Sequence record: MN158215
DNA: 51,448 bases
From: Escherichia phage BEK12B
Reading direction: 5' to 3' (one strand)
A program made the position numbers and the translations under genes. How positions within the stretch are numbered: position 1 is the stretch's first letter; each line of letters starts with the position of its first letter. Shown in pieces: positions 20,329-29,547 of the stretch. The notes under the pieces are model-generated. The model ran no database searches. It had not been told where the DNA came from and saw nothing but the letters and a program-made list of their open reading frames with translations.

Positions 20329-20849
20329 TATATCTTCTCCAGAATGTCAATTACCGCCTCTTTGACCTCCTCTGCCGTTACAGCGTCAACGCTTGCGCTC
20401 GTGTTATTCTCAATGGTAACGGTAGCTGGCTTTTCAATGCCTATCTCTTTACCAATGAATCCGGCGTTAACAATATTGTTTGCTGCAAGCTGGAATTTTT
20501 GCTCGTAAACAACACCGTCGATAAAGTCCATAACATCGCTGAATCCTGGCTCGCGTCGCCATTTTTCAAGAACGGAAGCAGAAAGCCCAGCGAATAAGCG
20601 GAATCCATTTAAGGTGAACACGCGCGGCTTGTGAATCTTGCTTTCGTATACATCACCCTGAAAGGATGCCGTTTCCGCCGCCTGTATATGGTTTTCCTCG
20701 GCCCACGTAAAGTAACGGACAGCCAGATCAAATACCTGCTCCGGCGTGTACTTGTGCGCCTTTGTCATTTTTGCAATATCGCCATATTGCTTATTATATA
20801 GTTTTTTAAAATTGCAAGCCTTTACTGCTGGCTCAACGTTTTTAGCCAT
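20328..20849 (-). CDS. terminase small subunit (position-based)
   Basis: 173 aa ORF immediately upstream of large terminase, stop/start overlap. Confidence 0.5.
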   Translation of the reverse strand: MAKNVEPAVKACNFKKLYNKQYGDIAKMTKAHKYTPEQVFDLAVRYFTWAEENHIQAAETASFQGDVYESKIHKPRVFTLNGFRLFAGLSASVLEKWRREPGFSDVMDFIDGVVYEQKFQLAANNIVNAGFIGKEIGIEKPATVTIENNTSASVDAVTAEEVKEAVIDILEKI

Positions 20850-20900
20850 AATGCGCCCTCCTTATAACAAAGCCTCATTATAGACAAATTGCAGGCAATA

Positions 20901-20921
20901 AAAAACCCGCCAAATGGCGGG
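20901..20921 (-). terminator. intrinsic terminator separating early block from late operon
   Basis: minus sense cccgccatttggcggg followed by TTTTTTATT; TATAAT hexamer follows. Confidence 0.55.
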
Positions 20922-20928
20922 TAGTTGG

Positions 20929-21162
20929 TCAATACTTGTATTTTACTTTTTCATCTTCTTGATTCTTCATGTGCTGATGGATTTTGCTACCAATCGTCAG
21001 ATAGTGACCGCGCACATCCCATCGCTGCATCTTGTTATTCCATGTTGCGCTTGCAAACTTACCGTTCTTAGCAAGAAATTTGCAAATTTTTTCCGATGCG
21101 ACAAACAAAATAATTACAGCAAAAACAAAACCAATAATAAAAGCAGAAATTAAGTTTAACAT
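20929..21162 (-). CDS. small membrane protein
   Basis: 77 aa with N-terminal hydrophobic helix LISAFIIGFVFAVIILFVA. Confidence 0.4.
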   Translation of the reverse strand: MLNLISAFIIGFVFAVIILFVASEKICKFLAKNGKFASATWNNKMQRWDVRGHYLTIGSKIHQHMKNQEDEKVKYKY

Positions 21163-21344
21163 TATATTTTCCTCACTAAATTAACTGAAAACTGGTGCGT
21201 TTCTTGATTGGCTCCGGAGTAATCTTTTGCCAGTCTTACTGCCATATCGGAGCTACATGCCGTAACAATTGTTTCAAATTCTTGTTTACATGTCGCGCAG
21301 CTCCTTCCCATTTTTCGTATGGTAAGGATAACTTTCCACTTCAT
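21162..21344 (-). CDS. hypothetical protein
   Basis: 60 aa ORF in early small-gene array. Confidence 0.3.
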   Translation of the reverse strand: MKWKVILTIRKMGRSCATCKQEFETIVTACSSDMAVRLAKDYSGANQETHQFSVNLVRKI

Positions 21345-21488
21345 TCTTTATCCTCATAAAAAGGCGATACGTCTTACGGTAAAAACCTGCATATCGCCGT
21401 TGTTGCGTGGCAACCGCGCCACCCGTTCAGCCTTAGCTGCTCTTATGTAAACGATTGATATGCTAACCAATCAGGAAATTGTTGTCAA

Positions 21489-21719
21489 TCATTCTCGGTC
21501 AAATGCGTTTCCCCATCGCCCACGAAGATAACCACACAACCAGATGAATTGGGTAATTGTCAGCATTGGCGCAACTGGCTGATAATGTTCGGCAATAATG
21601 CCCTTCATAACTTCATCAACATACTTTCCGCGCTTTTCAACATCCGCTTTCATTGCCTCGCCGCACTTCTTAGCCTGGCGTTTTGCAGCGTTGAATTGTG
21701 CCTCGTTCATTCCAAACAT
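21489..21719 (-). CDS. hypothetical protein
   Basis: 76 aa ORF. Confidence 0.4.
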   Translation of the reverse strand: MFGMNEAQFNAAKRQAKKCGEAMKADVEKRGKYVDEVMKGIIAEHYQPVAPMLTITQFIWLCGYLRGRWGNAFDRE

Positions 21720-21917
21720 TACAGACCTCTACCCTTCCACAAGTTGTACATTTCGAAATAGTGCATTGCCGTTTCAGTGTCGCCTCGTTCTAATGCTTCC
21801 TCTTGCTTCTGTGCGCACCACTGCGACGGTTTTATGTAGTTATCCATTGAATCACCTTACCTAAAAAATACCTCGTCAAAATGCGTCCTGTTCGCTGTAT
21901 GAGGCATTCAATTTTAA

Positions 21918-22232
21918 TTAAAAATCGTCGAGCAACTCACGAAAGTTGTTAAGCGTTGCAACTTTAGCGCAATCCCACTCCGTCGATCCGGCTTCTTCCC
22001 ACGGAGAACCAGGCCCGTGATTTGTCATGTCGTCGATTAGTGATGAAATTTCATCAATAACAATCTCTTTCAAATGCTCTCGGTGCTCTATGTCTTCCAC
22101 TGGATCAAAAGCCTGAATGACACCGCCTAAAACCTGTTGCTGGGCCTTTGCCTTGTCAAAATCATCATGAATGAAACGATGCTCTTTCTTGTTCTCGTTT
22201 GTCCCGATCTGGTAGTAGTGAATGTAAATCAT
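21918..22232 (-). CDS. hypothetical protein
   Basis: 104 aa ORF. Confidence 0.4.
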   Translation of the reverse strand: MIYIHYYQIGTNENKKEHRFIHDDFDKAKAQQQVLGGVIQAFDPVEDIEHREHLKEIVIDEISSLIDDMTNHGPGSPWEEAGSTEWDCAKVATLNNFRELLDDF

Positions 22233-22537
22233 TTATATTTCTCCATTACCTGCTTTGCAACTGATTTGGCGTAATTTGCAAATGCCGACTCCATGCTTTC
22301 ATTCTTTCGCTTCCAGTTATGAACTTTTAAAGCCGTGTATCCATTCTCAGCAAGCCATTTTGCAGTTTCTGCCGCGTCAGTCGGACGTGGTGAGAATTTT
22401 TGCTCAAGCTGAGTAAAAAGCTCTCTTGCAACCTCATGATCAATCATAATTTCATCAGTTGATCCGCAAAGCGCACGAGAACCTACAGCATGCAGGAGTT
22501 TCTTTGCTTGCTCTTCTGAAAGGTTAATCGTGATCAT
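22229..22537 (-). CDS. hypothetical protein
   Basis: ORF with ATGA overlap to upstream gene; start at MITINLSEEQ. Confidence 0.4.
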   Translation of the reverse strand: MITINLSEEQAKKLLHAVGSRALCGSTDEIMIDHEVARELFTQLEQKFSPRPTDAAETAKWLAENGYTALKVHNWKRKNESMESAFANYAKSVAKQVMEKYK

Positions 22538-22746
22538 TCCTCTACTACCTCGCATTCGTCATGATTTACACCGATGTTATCACCGATTCGAATTTCTTCT
22601 GTGTTGCGGATTGCTAACACGCAGTAAGAACCATCTCGAAAGAATCCATCAACCTCTACAATGTCACCAACTTTGAATCCGCATTGCTCAAGGGCAATGC
22701 TTCCGTCGTTGCGATCAATGTCAACCCTGGTAATTCGAATTTTCAC
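22534..22746 (-). CDS. hypothetical protein
   Basis: 70 aa ORF downstream of conserved element copy. Confidence 0.4.
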   Translation of the reverse strand: MKIRITRVDIDRNDGSIALEQCGFKVGDIVEVDGFFRDGSYCVLAIRNTEEIRIGDNIGVNHDECEVVEE

Positions 22747-22802
22747 TTTTATTTCCTCTGTTTCGCTTCAATGAGGACACTTTAACAAATGCCCTCGCGG
22801 AA

Positions 22803-22824
22803 GTTTTAACAAAAAGTGCTATTA
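22803..22824 (-). promoter_or_regulatory. conserved element copy (TAATAGCACTTTTTGTTAAAAC)
   Basis: sense-oriented copy directly after TAA stop of ORF 22822..23109. Confidence 0.55.
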
Positions 22825-23109
22825 GCTCATGTAATAGATTTCATCGCGCACAAAATCGTCAAAATCAGATTGCGTTAATGGTCGATCCTCTAGTGCGGCC
22901 TGCTCAATCATTTCAACAAGGGCGCAATCCATATCAAGGTAATGCGCATCAAGATCATACCATGAAGCCATTTGACGCGCCCATGAGCGGCAATTCTTGA
23001 ATCCGTAACGTCGGATACAGTTTGCTGTGTGAAATGAGTCATTCCAACCACGCTCAAGCGCTGCCTTTTCGAATGCGTTAATCAACATCTTACGATTGCT
23101 TTTAGCCAT
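22822..23109 (-). CDS. hypothetical protein
   Basis: 95 aa ORF. Confidence 0.45.
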   Translation of the reverse strand: MAKSNRKMLINAFEKAALERGWNDSFHTANCIRRYGFKNCRSWARQMASWYDLDAHYLDMDCALVEMIEQAALEDRPLTQSDFDDFVRDEIYYMS

Positions 23110-23325
23110 TTGTTTCCTCCTTTTAGCGCCACAGAAGCGGCGCGGTTAAACATTATTTCTTACCAGTCAGGATGTAACGCTTGCCATTTTAAAATCCATC
23201 GCCGTAGCCGTAATATGCGCCAGCCAGGAATATAATCATTCCGCCTATTGACTCAACAATGCCGCTATACTCATAGGCCAAGTGAGAACCAGCGATAATG
23301 GCAATAAAAATGACAATTACTCTTT

Positions 23326-23589
23326 TCATTCGTGATCCAACACATCGCATTTTTTGACAACCAGCAAACGCAGCTTGTAAGGTCGGAACTTGTGCAACTT
23401 TTTAGCGTATTCACGCGCTTCGCTGTAGCTATTGAACTTCATAGCCCAAAAGCCGAAAGCATCATTCGTCAGATATTCCCAATCGCCACTAATAACGCGG
23501 CGGAGTTGCAGGTAATAAATCTTGCATTCTGTGCAAGAAACAATCCGGTATTCAGGTTTAAAGATTCGTTTTAGTGCATTAAAAACCAT
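23326..23589 (-). CDS. hypothetical protein
   Basis: 87 aa ORF. Confidence 0.4.
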   Translation of the reverse strand: MVFNALKRIFKPEYRIVSCTECKIYYLQLRRVISGDWEYLTNDAFGFWAMKFNSYSEAREYAKKLHKFRPYKLRLLVVKKCDVLDHE

Positions 23590-23685
23590 ATTGCTGCCCT
23601 CACTGAATAAACAACTAAGAGAATCAAGAATAACACAGTCATGATTTCATGAAAATCAAATGTCGGCTTTGGATTGGTTGATTTG

Positions 23686-24132
23686 TTATTTTCCAGCATT
23701 TCGCGCAATCCCTTTGTACATTCGGTAAAAGTTACCACCATGCTTTTTGAACTTGATCGCGTTTCGTGCAATCCTGCGCATCCTGCGCGCATCGTATCGC
23801 GATCGCTGAGATGGTATCTTCGTTGTTTTGACATGACAGCCGCGATGATCGCTGATTCGCTGAAGCTCAATCAAAACTCCTTGAGTCGCCACTACGTAAT
23901 AATGCTCAAAGCCAAAACGGCGAGTTATGATATAGCCATTCTTGATGCGTGGTCGGCGAAAGTCTTTGCTACACCCGCGATAAATACTATCCACCGTAAC
24001 AACCTGACCCCTGCTAACGCCGCAATATTCATCTGCCCAGGTTACGCGAAATTTTGTTCCAACGCGAATGTCGTTTAACTCTACCATGATGATTTCCTCT
24101 CGTTGATTAGTGTTTGCATTATAGCGAGGCAT
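23686..24132 (-). CDS. hypothetical basic protein (gene model uncertain)
   Basis: 148 aa ORF overlapping alternative ORF 23571..23870 in another frame; cannot choose between them from sequence alone. Confidence 0.3.
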   Translation of the reverse strand: MPRYNANTNQREEIIMVELNDIRVGTKFRVTWADEYCGVSRGQVVTVDSIYRGCSKDFRRPRIKNGYIITRRFGFEHYYVVATQGVLIELQRISDHRGCHVKTTKIPSQRSRYDARRMRRIARNAIKFKKHGGNFYRMYKGIARNAGK

Positions 24133-24140
24133 TGCGCCCC

Positions 24141-24163
24141 GCTTTTAGCAATTCGTGCTATTT
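24141..24163 (-). promoter_or_regulatory. conserved element, GAATTG variant (AAATAGCACGAATTGCTAAAAGC) plus TATAAT
   Basis: kinase stop TAG embedded; TATAAT 22 nt downstream of TTGCTA in sense. Confidence 0.55.
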
Positions 24164-24763
24164 GATCTTAATGTGTTTCCACTGGACCGTTTTGATGATC
24201 TCGTCAATAGTCTTTTCTGGATCGCCATCAATCATTGTGAAGTCGTAATGTTTTACTCGGTGATGGTATCCGTTCAGGTCAATATAGTTTCGTGAATCGC
24301 CATCAAACGTGAAGCCTTCGCGATGCAGTCTGCAAATGTGAACTTCATGGCCTGCCTTAACTAGCGGCTTGATTTCTTCAGGGAATCCGCCATCACTAAT
24401 TACAACAGCTAAATCTCCGTACATCTCGTGTACTTGCTCAACCATGCGATTTCCGAAATATTGCTCGCCAAAAGCTGGCTTCATAACTTCTTCGCTAATC
24501 CAGATCATGAACTGGCGAGGCGACTTGCCTTGCAAGATTGCTTGAGGCTTTTCTTTCTGCTCGCGGTCATTATACAGATCAATGAACTCGTCATATCGGT
24601 AAACACCAAGCATGGAAAACGCAATATCAAACATAGGCTGTTTAAACGACGCTTCAACGGCTGCGTAACGATGGCCCGTTAAGTATGCCGCAAGCGTATC
24701 TTTTCCAACCCCTGGCGGTCCGTTAAGGATGATAATGTCGCGCTTCATATTAGTTGTCTCCAT
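24158..24763 (-). CDS. P-loop nucleotide/polynucleotide kinase
   Basis: Walker A NGPPGVGKDT near N-terminus; VVISD segment resembling kinase domain of T4 Pnk. Confidence 0.6.
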   Translation of the reverse strand: METTNMKRDIIILNGPPGVGKDTLAAYLTGHRYAAVEASFKQPMFDIAFSMLGVYRYDEFIDLYNDREQKEKPQAILQGKSPRQFMIWISEEVMKPAFGEQYFGNRMVEQVHEMYGDLAVVISDGGFPEEIKPLVKAGHEVHICRLHREGFTFDGDSRNYIDLNGYHHRVKHYDFTMIDGDPEKTIDEIIKTVQWKHIKIK

Positions 24764-24942
24764 ATCTGCTTGAATGTTTGCCTGGTCGCTTGCGCTTATT
24801 GCGATAGCGTTGATTCATCTCTTGGTGCTCGTAGTAGCTGTATCGCTTCTTCTTGGATACGATTTTTTCGACGCTTCGCATCTTCATAATCTCCTGTTGT
24901 TATCTCAATATAGCGCACTGCATGAATGCGCTATAGCAAGAA

Positions 24943-25128
24943 TCACCACTTAAAGCCGCTTTCATCCAGTACAATCTGGTAAAGCGCCACCCAAAACCAC
25001 ACAAACCAGAACACCAGAACAAGAGGCTGATCTTTATCAGTGCAATCACACACTTTAACCAATGCGCGGAAGATGAATAATCCTGAAATATAAAAGAAAA
25101 TAACTAAAAATACAAGTGCATAGATCAT
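24943..25128 (-). CDS. small membrane protein
   Basis: 61 aa, two hydrophobic helices. Confidence 0.35.
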   Translation of the reverse strand: MIYALVFLVIFFYISGLFIFRALVKVCDCTDKDQPLVLVFWFVWFWVALYQIVLDESGFKW

Positions 25129-25388
25129 TTGTTTTCCCCTTCAATTACCAGAGTGTAAAGCAGAACAGGCTCTACCATGTCGCGGCGGCGTGGATCTCGT
25201 GGCGAATCGGGCCATGTGCATTTCCCGTTTGACACAATATGGCCTACCAGGTTACTAAGTTTTGAGATTCCATCACGACGGATAACATTGTAACCAATGT
25301 CCTTTCCGTCAATAGAATGTATAGCAAAGAAGCTAGGCGTGCCGTCGATAATGTCTACAGCTTTAAAAAACTCGATCTTGTTAGCCAT
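25125..25388 (-). CDS. hypothetical protein
   Basis: 87 aa ORF. Confidence 0.4.
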   Translation of the reverse strand: MANKIEFFKAVDIIDGTPSFFAIHSIDGKDIGYNVIRRDGISKLSNLVGHIVSNGKCTWPDSPRDPRRRDMVEPVLLYTLVIEGENK

Positions 25389-25442
25389 GATTTAATCCTC
25401 GTTTGTTGTTGATGGGCTTACTATACAGCAAGCCCGATGATC

Positions 25443-25466
25443 TGTTTTTTGCAATTCGTGCTATTT
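25443..25466 (-). promoter_or_regulatory. conserved element, GAATTG variant, plus TATAGT inside hairpin
   Basis: AAATAGCACGAATTGCAAAAAACA in sense; stop TAG of ORF 25461..25670 embedded. Confidence 0.5.
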
Positions 25467-25670
25467 GGTGAACGTTGCGAGCGTTTGACCAGACATTGAC
25501 CTGATAAACAATCTTCCGCCGTTCTCCTTGATGTGCATATCCACGCCAGTTTTAGGAGACTTGACAACTAATACGCCTTTTTCGTTTATCCTGGCGTTGA
25601 CCATCGCGCCAACCTTAAAGCCGAATATATTGCGGCCGCGAGGGTTAGCATATGCTACATTCAGGATCAT
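25461..25670 (-). CDS. hypothetical protein
   Basis: 69 aa ORF. Confidence 0.4.
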   Translation of the reverse strand: MILNVAYANPRGRNIFGFKVGAMVNARINEKGVLVVKSPKTGVDMHIKENGGRLFIRSMSGQTLATFTK

Positions 25671-26224
25671 TTCTGCAACTCCTCCACGCCATGCGATTGG
25701 ATATGATTATGTGGCTTGTCGTATTCCGTGACCTGATAGGTTGTGATTCCCAGGCTTCGGAAGTGCTTAACCACGTTCGGCGAATCATCAAAAGCGCACA
25801 CAATGTTTTCCAGTCCGATAGCGCGCAAGACTTCTTCTTTGATGATTGTGTCTTTGCGGTTGTCTTCCTTGCGGCGCATGATTAACGCATCGTACTTGAT
25901 GCTGTTTTCGTTAAGCCATTTGCAGGTGTCCTCCATCACTTCATCGCTACGTCCGGTCAGGATAACGATGGCAAATCCCGACATCCACAAACCGTTAACC
26001 ACTGCAACCGTGCTCTTAATCGGCGAATCGCCAACAGCCGCCTTATTGAACTCAGACCAGCTTTCTGTAAGGTGCAAATCTTCTGTCGGAAGCAGGTGCA
26101 AGCGATGCGTTCCGTCTGATAACGTTCCGTCCAGGTCAACGATAACAATCGGCTTGCTCGTGGAAAAATGGTATTTGCTGCCCCAAAGTTCAAATTCGTA
26201 TTTTTTCATTATCAAACCTATCAA
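25667..26224 (-). CDS. HAD-family phosphatase resembling T4 polynucleotide kinase 3'-phosphatase domain
   Basis: motif I VIVDLDGTL; later segments ILTGRSDE, RRKEDNRKDTIIKEEV and FDDSPNVV match the T4 Pnk phosphatase domain as recalled. Confidence 0.7.
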   Translation of the reverse strand: MIGLIMKKYEFELWGSKYHFSTSKPIVIVDLDGTLSDGTHRLHLLPTEDLHLTESWSEFNKAAVGDSPIKSTVAVVNGLWMSGFAIVILTGRSDEVMEDTCKWLNENSIKYDALIMRRKEDNRKDTIIKEEVLRAIGLENIVCAFDDSPNVVKHFRSLGITTYQVTEYDKPHNHIQSHGVEELQK

Positions 26225-26442
26225 TTAAAATGAATTTGCTTGTATTCGATTTCATCTGCAAGATCATTTAACTTATCCGCCAGCTTGCGCACCTTGTCAA
26301 TGGTGAGTGTCGACCTAAAATCTGGCCTTAGCCCACCTTCAAACGTTCCATCAATAAACACTCGATCGCCAAACTTATATACCTCAAGCGCATCGCCATG
26401 ATTATCAATAAACTTGTGTTTAACGCGCTTATTTGTCTCCAT
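26221..26442 (-). CDS. hypothetical protein
   Basis: 73 aa ORF. Confidence 0.4.
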   Translation of the reverse strand: METNKRVKHKFIDNHGDALEVYKFGDRVFIDGTFEGGLRPDFRSTLTIDKVRKLADKLNDLADEIEYKQIHFN

Positions 26443-26659
26443 CCTTCACCTCCTCAAATTCAGCAATTACCATAGCGTGTGCCATAACCTTAGTACCTTC
26501 GCCACCGTTCAGGAACATGAGATGTCCTTTACTATTTCTCACGTAAAAAGATCCGGTTGATGATTTCAACTTTTGCGCCATATAGATTTCGCCTGGCTTG
26601 AACATGCCAGATCGACCATGGTTAACGGAAATGCACTTCATCTTCTTGCTAATGTACAT
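26429..26659 (-). CDS. hypothetical protein
   Basis: 76 aa ORF. Confidence 0.4.
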   Translation of the reverse strand: MYISKKMKCISVNHGRSGMFKPGEIYMAQKLKSSTGSFYVRNSKGHLMFLNGGEGTKVMAHAMVIAEFEEVKDGDK

Positions 26660-26711
26660 CTTTTGTCTCCTTCGTTGAAAGTAGGGCCATTATACATGGC
26701 CCCACATTTGA

Positions 26712-26732
26712 GTTTTAACAATTCGTGCTATT
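26712..26732 (-). promoter_or_regulatory. conserved element, GAATTG variant (AATAGCACGAATTGTTAAAAC)
   Basis: sense-oriented copy downstream of ORF 26792..27682. Confidence 0.5.
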
Positions 26733-26791
26733 GAGCATTTTCTTGATGCGCTGGCGGTAAAACTGCATTACATGCTCGTTGTGCCAATTAC

Positions 26792-27682
26792 TCATACTTT
26801 GACCTTCCACTTAACCATAGTTCCGCGCTTGATGCTGATCTCACCTGCAACAGTCCGGTTTTTAGCTCCGCAGTAGTGAAGAAGGAGGATAACAACGTCA
26901 TCATGAATTTCGATCGTCTTTGGCTTAGCCGTTAATTCATACCAGGTGCCGTCATCAAGCTGAACCCCTTTTAACGTGGCGGCAACTGGCATGTCTTCAA
27001 TTGCTCCCTGCGTTACTATTTCTTGATAGGCAATTTCGCTCTTATCAATACGCCAGCTTCCAGGCGCTTTCATTTCAGCGGCTTCCTTGTGGATCTCCTC
27101 GCCAATGATTTTTTGAATTGACGTCTTCCCGCCGCCGAATGGTGTTTCCCCAAACAAGTGTTTTGTAATATCTTCCACGTAGTACACCTTATCTTTTTCG
27201 TTGTGCGGATTTAATTTGTTATGACCATCAACAAAAAAATCAACTTTAAAACCTGATTTCAGGCCATCACTATAAACGCCGTTGTCTGGTGACGTATAGC
27301 GAATCGTTGAATAATCAACAGTGCGGAATACGATCGGATACTTAATGTTATCCACGTTTAAGCACCACAATTTTTTGTAGTCGCAGGTTTTCATATCTAC
27401 CGTATGAATCTCTTCGCGTTCCGGCGAGCGCACTGGTAACACCTGGCCTTCATATGGTTTGTAGTGCAAACAAGTGTAGCCTGGCATTGCGTAACCGTAG
27501 TCTCTGAGTGAGTTGTAGTGTTTATTGTGCGCTTCAATGAAGTGTTCAATCTCCATTGTTGAAGCGTTTGTACTTCCGTCTTCGTTAAACTTAGTGCATG
27601 TCTTCTCGTCGGTAAACATGAAATGACCAATGTAGCGAGATTCGAAGGTGATCGGGAATTTAATGTCAGCAAGTTTTAACAT
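26792..27682 (-). CDS. hypothetical protein (296 aa)
   Basis: long ORF with good coding appearance; no motif confidently recognised. Confidence 0.5.
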   Translation of the reverse strand: MLKLADIKFPITFESRYIGHFMFTDEKTCTKFNEDGSTNASTMEIEHFIEAHNKHYNSLRDYGYAMPGYTCLHYKPYEGQVLPVRSPEREEIHTVDMKTCDYKKLWCLNVDNIKYPIVFRTVDYSTIRYTSPDNGVYSDGLKSGFKVDFFVDGHNKLNPHNEKDKVYYVEDITKHLFGETPFGGGKTSIQKIIGEEIHKEAAEMKAPGSWRIDKSEIAYQEIVTQGAIEDMPVAATLKGVQLDDGTWYELTAKPKTIEIHDDVVILLLHYCGAKNRTVAGEISIKRGTMVKWKVKV

Positions 27683-27760
27683 GGTGCTTTCTCCTGATTG
27701 GTTTTGTGGTCGACGCCGTGCCGCCCTATGTGATTTATTATGCCTGGTTATCGTTTTCGA

Positions 27761-27782
27761 GTTTTAACAAAAAGTGCTATTT
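27761..27782 (-). promoter_or_regulatory. conserved element copy plus CATAAT
   Basis: AAATAGCACTTTTTGTTAAAAC in sense with embedded TAG stop of ORF 27777..28034; CATAAT 18 nt downstream. Confidence 0.55.
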
Positions 27783-28034
27783 CCGGTCAGTGAAAGTAAC
27801 GCTAAAGCTATCCCTGTGATTTACTAGGATTCTGATAGCTTTCATCATATCCTCGGAAGATGCCGGATACGTTTTTTGCCACTCTCCAGAAGAAAGCACG
27901 GCATCGTGAATCATCAAGTCCCTAGCCGTGTCCAGTATTTTTTCCACATCCTCTTTCGTGTACTTCTTGCCACCAAGCGCACTAACAACTTGTTTTGCGG
28001 CTTTATCAATATCAATCTTATTCATCGTCGCCAA
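27777..28034 (-). CDS. hypothetical protein
   Basis: 85 aa ORF. Confidence 0.45.
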   Translation of the reverse strand: MATMNKIDIDKAAKQVVSALGGKKYTKEDVEKILDTARDLMIHDAVLSSGEWQKTYPASSEDMMKAIRILVNHRDSFSVTFTDRK

Positions 28035-28536
28035 CCTTCTTAATCATGCCATCAATAATTTCATGGAATCGCTCACCCATAATGAGCGCCCCAGCCAGCT
28101 TATCACCTTCAAGATCTGACACGCGAGGCATCACGCTAGCCAGGTGCTTAAGCGCTTTATTAACAGCCTTAGCAGTTCTCTCGCTTACAATGGCGTTAAT
28201 TTCATCGCCAGTCAGCACGCGAGGTTTGCTCTCTTTCTCTGCAAGTGAGAACACATAGCAGCATCCACCACTACCAGTTTTGCGCTTAATGCTTGTCACT
28301 CCGCGCTTTTTGATTTCCGGCACACGATTCATAATTCCGCGCATGTATGATGCTGTAATTTCGTGACCATCCTCGACGTTGGCGTGTATATACAGGATCG
28401 GCATTGACACTTCGTCACGTTCACCGCTGCCAATCTTCTGCGCAACCTCGCGCAGCATGTTACAGAACTCCTTGCGCGTCATGCGTGGCGCTTCGTCTTC
28501 GCTTTCGTCAATCATTTCAAGATCGTCGTTAATCAT
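28018..28536 (-). CDS. hypothetical protein, first gene of the early minus-strand block
   Basis: ORF 28018..28629; internal ATG at 28536 has RBS GGGAG at good spacing, so shorter start preferred. Confidence 0.45.
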   Translation of the reverse strand: MINDDLEMIDESEDEAPRMTRKEFCNMLREVAQKIGSGERDEVSMPILYIHANVEDGHEITASYMRGIMNRVPEIKKRGVTSIKRKTGSGGCCYVFSLAEKESKPRVLTGDEINAIVSERTAKAVNKALKHLASVMPRVSDLEGDKLAGALIMGERFHEIIDGMIKKVGDDE

Positions 28537-28737
28537 TGAATTTTCTCCCGTATTGGTTGCGCTTAGATGTGGCGCATTATGACCATGCAGCCTGGTGGTG
28601 TCAATATGTTTTCTCTGTTTTGGCTGCATTTTTTATCAAAATGCTGTTGCCTGATAACAAATGACACAGCTTAAGTCATTGTTTTAACTTGAAAATATTG
28701 GCTTGTTTAGCTGGTTGACGGAGGATTGCCACTCCCC

Positions 28738-28930
28738 CATACATATATACATACAAAATCACCACATATCACCATTGATTAAAAAACATACAATCACACA
28801 TACATATTCACAAAAACAATACCACCTACCAATATACCCATGAAACAAGGATAACAACAGATAACAGTTATAATTATATATATAACTAACTTATTGATTT
28901 TATGGGTATATATATATATTTATATTTGTT
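28738..28930 (+). repeat. G-poor A/C-rich module A
   Basis: ordered blocks atacatac / aaaatcaccaca / acagataaca / ttattgattttatgggtatatat shared with 50461..50640. Confidence 0.6.
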
Positions 28931-29194
28931 TTTTTTGTTATGTCAACGCGATTTCTGTTATCGCCAGTTGCGGAGGGCTATTTGGCATAACAACGGGAAC
29001 GAAAGAAACAGAATTGCTCGCCAGGATTGCCGGAAAGGATGCGAGAGGACCGTGTTTCTCTATCCCCTCCGCACAAAAAGTTAATCAACTGATTAAAATT
29101 GATCAAACTCAAAGTCTCACAATCCAGGTGATCGCGAATGAGTTATTCCTGTTATTCCTGATTAATGGAATAGATGGAATAATAACCAGTCGGC

Positions 29195-29216
29195 AAATAG
29201 CACTTTTTGTTAAAAC
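29195..29216 (+). promoter_or_regulatory. conserved element copy plus TACATT
   Basis: AAATAGCACTTTTTGTTAAAAC then -10-like TACATT 18 nt downstream, upstream of gene 29275. Confidence 0.55.
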
Positions 29217-29274
29217 TGAATCCGCCTGATCGGGTACATTACACACATCGAAACGAAACGCTCAGGAGATAGCA

Positions 29275-29547
29275 ATGAACATCAGCAAAACCACTTTCAA
29301 CTTCGCTAAGCGTCACGGTCTGGATCTGACTGTTGAGGATTTTGGCGACGTAATGCAGCTTTGCATTTGGGAAGCAGATAACGATTGCGAATGGCTTTGC
29401 TCTTATCGTATCAACTACGATTGCTTGACCTGGCACGGCAATATATATCTGCCGCAAGAAGTGAAAGAAGAATTGCCAGCGACCATCAACAACGAAGTGT
29501 TTTTGCGCCAGGTATTGAAGTTTATTGCTGAGGAGATCAAGAAATGA
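29275..29547 (+). CDS. hypothetical protein
   Basis: 90 aa, RBS AGGAGA, first gene after promoter element. Confidence 0.5.
   Translation: MNISKTTFNFAKRHGLDLTVEDFGDVMQLCIWEADNDCEWLCSYRINYDCLTWHGNIYLPQEVKEELPATINNEVFLRQVLKFIAEEIKK

Noticed and set aside
26792-27682. Possibility that the 296-aa protein is an RNA ligase partnering the Pnk-like pair
   Set aside because: The only candidate lysine motif is KFNEDG rather than KxDG, and downstream ligase motifs are not at expected spacing.
28894-29229. 111-aa plus-strand ORF in the intergenic control region
   Set aside because: It starts inside the AT-rich repeat module, has low-complexity N-terminal sequence and contains the promoter element at its 3' end.
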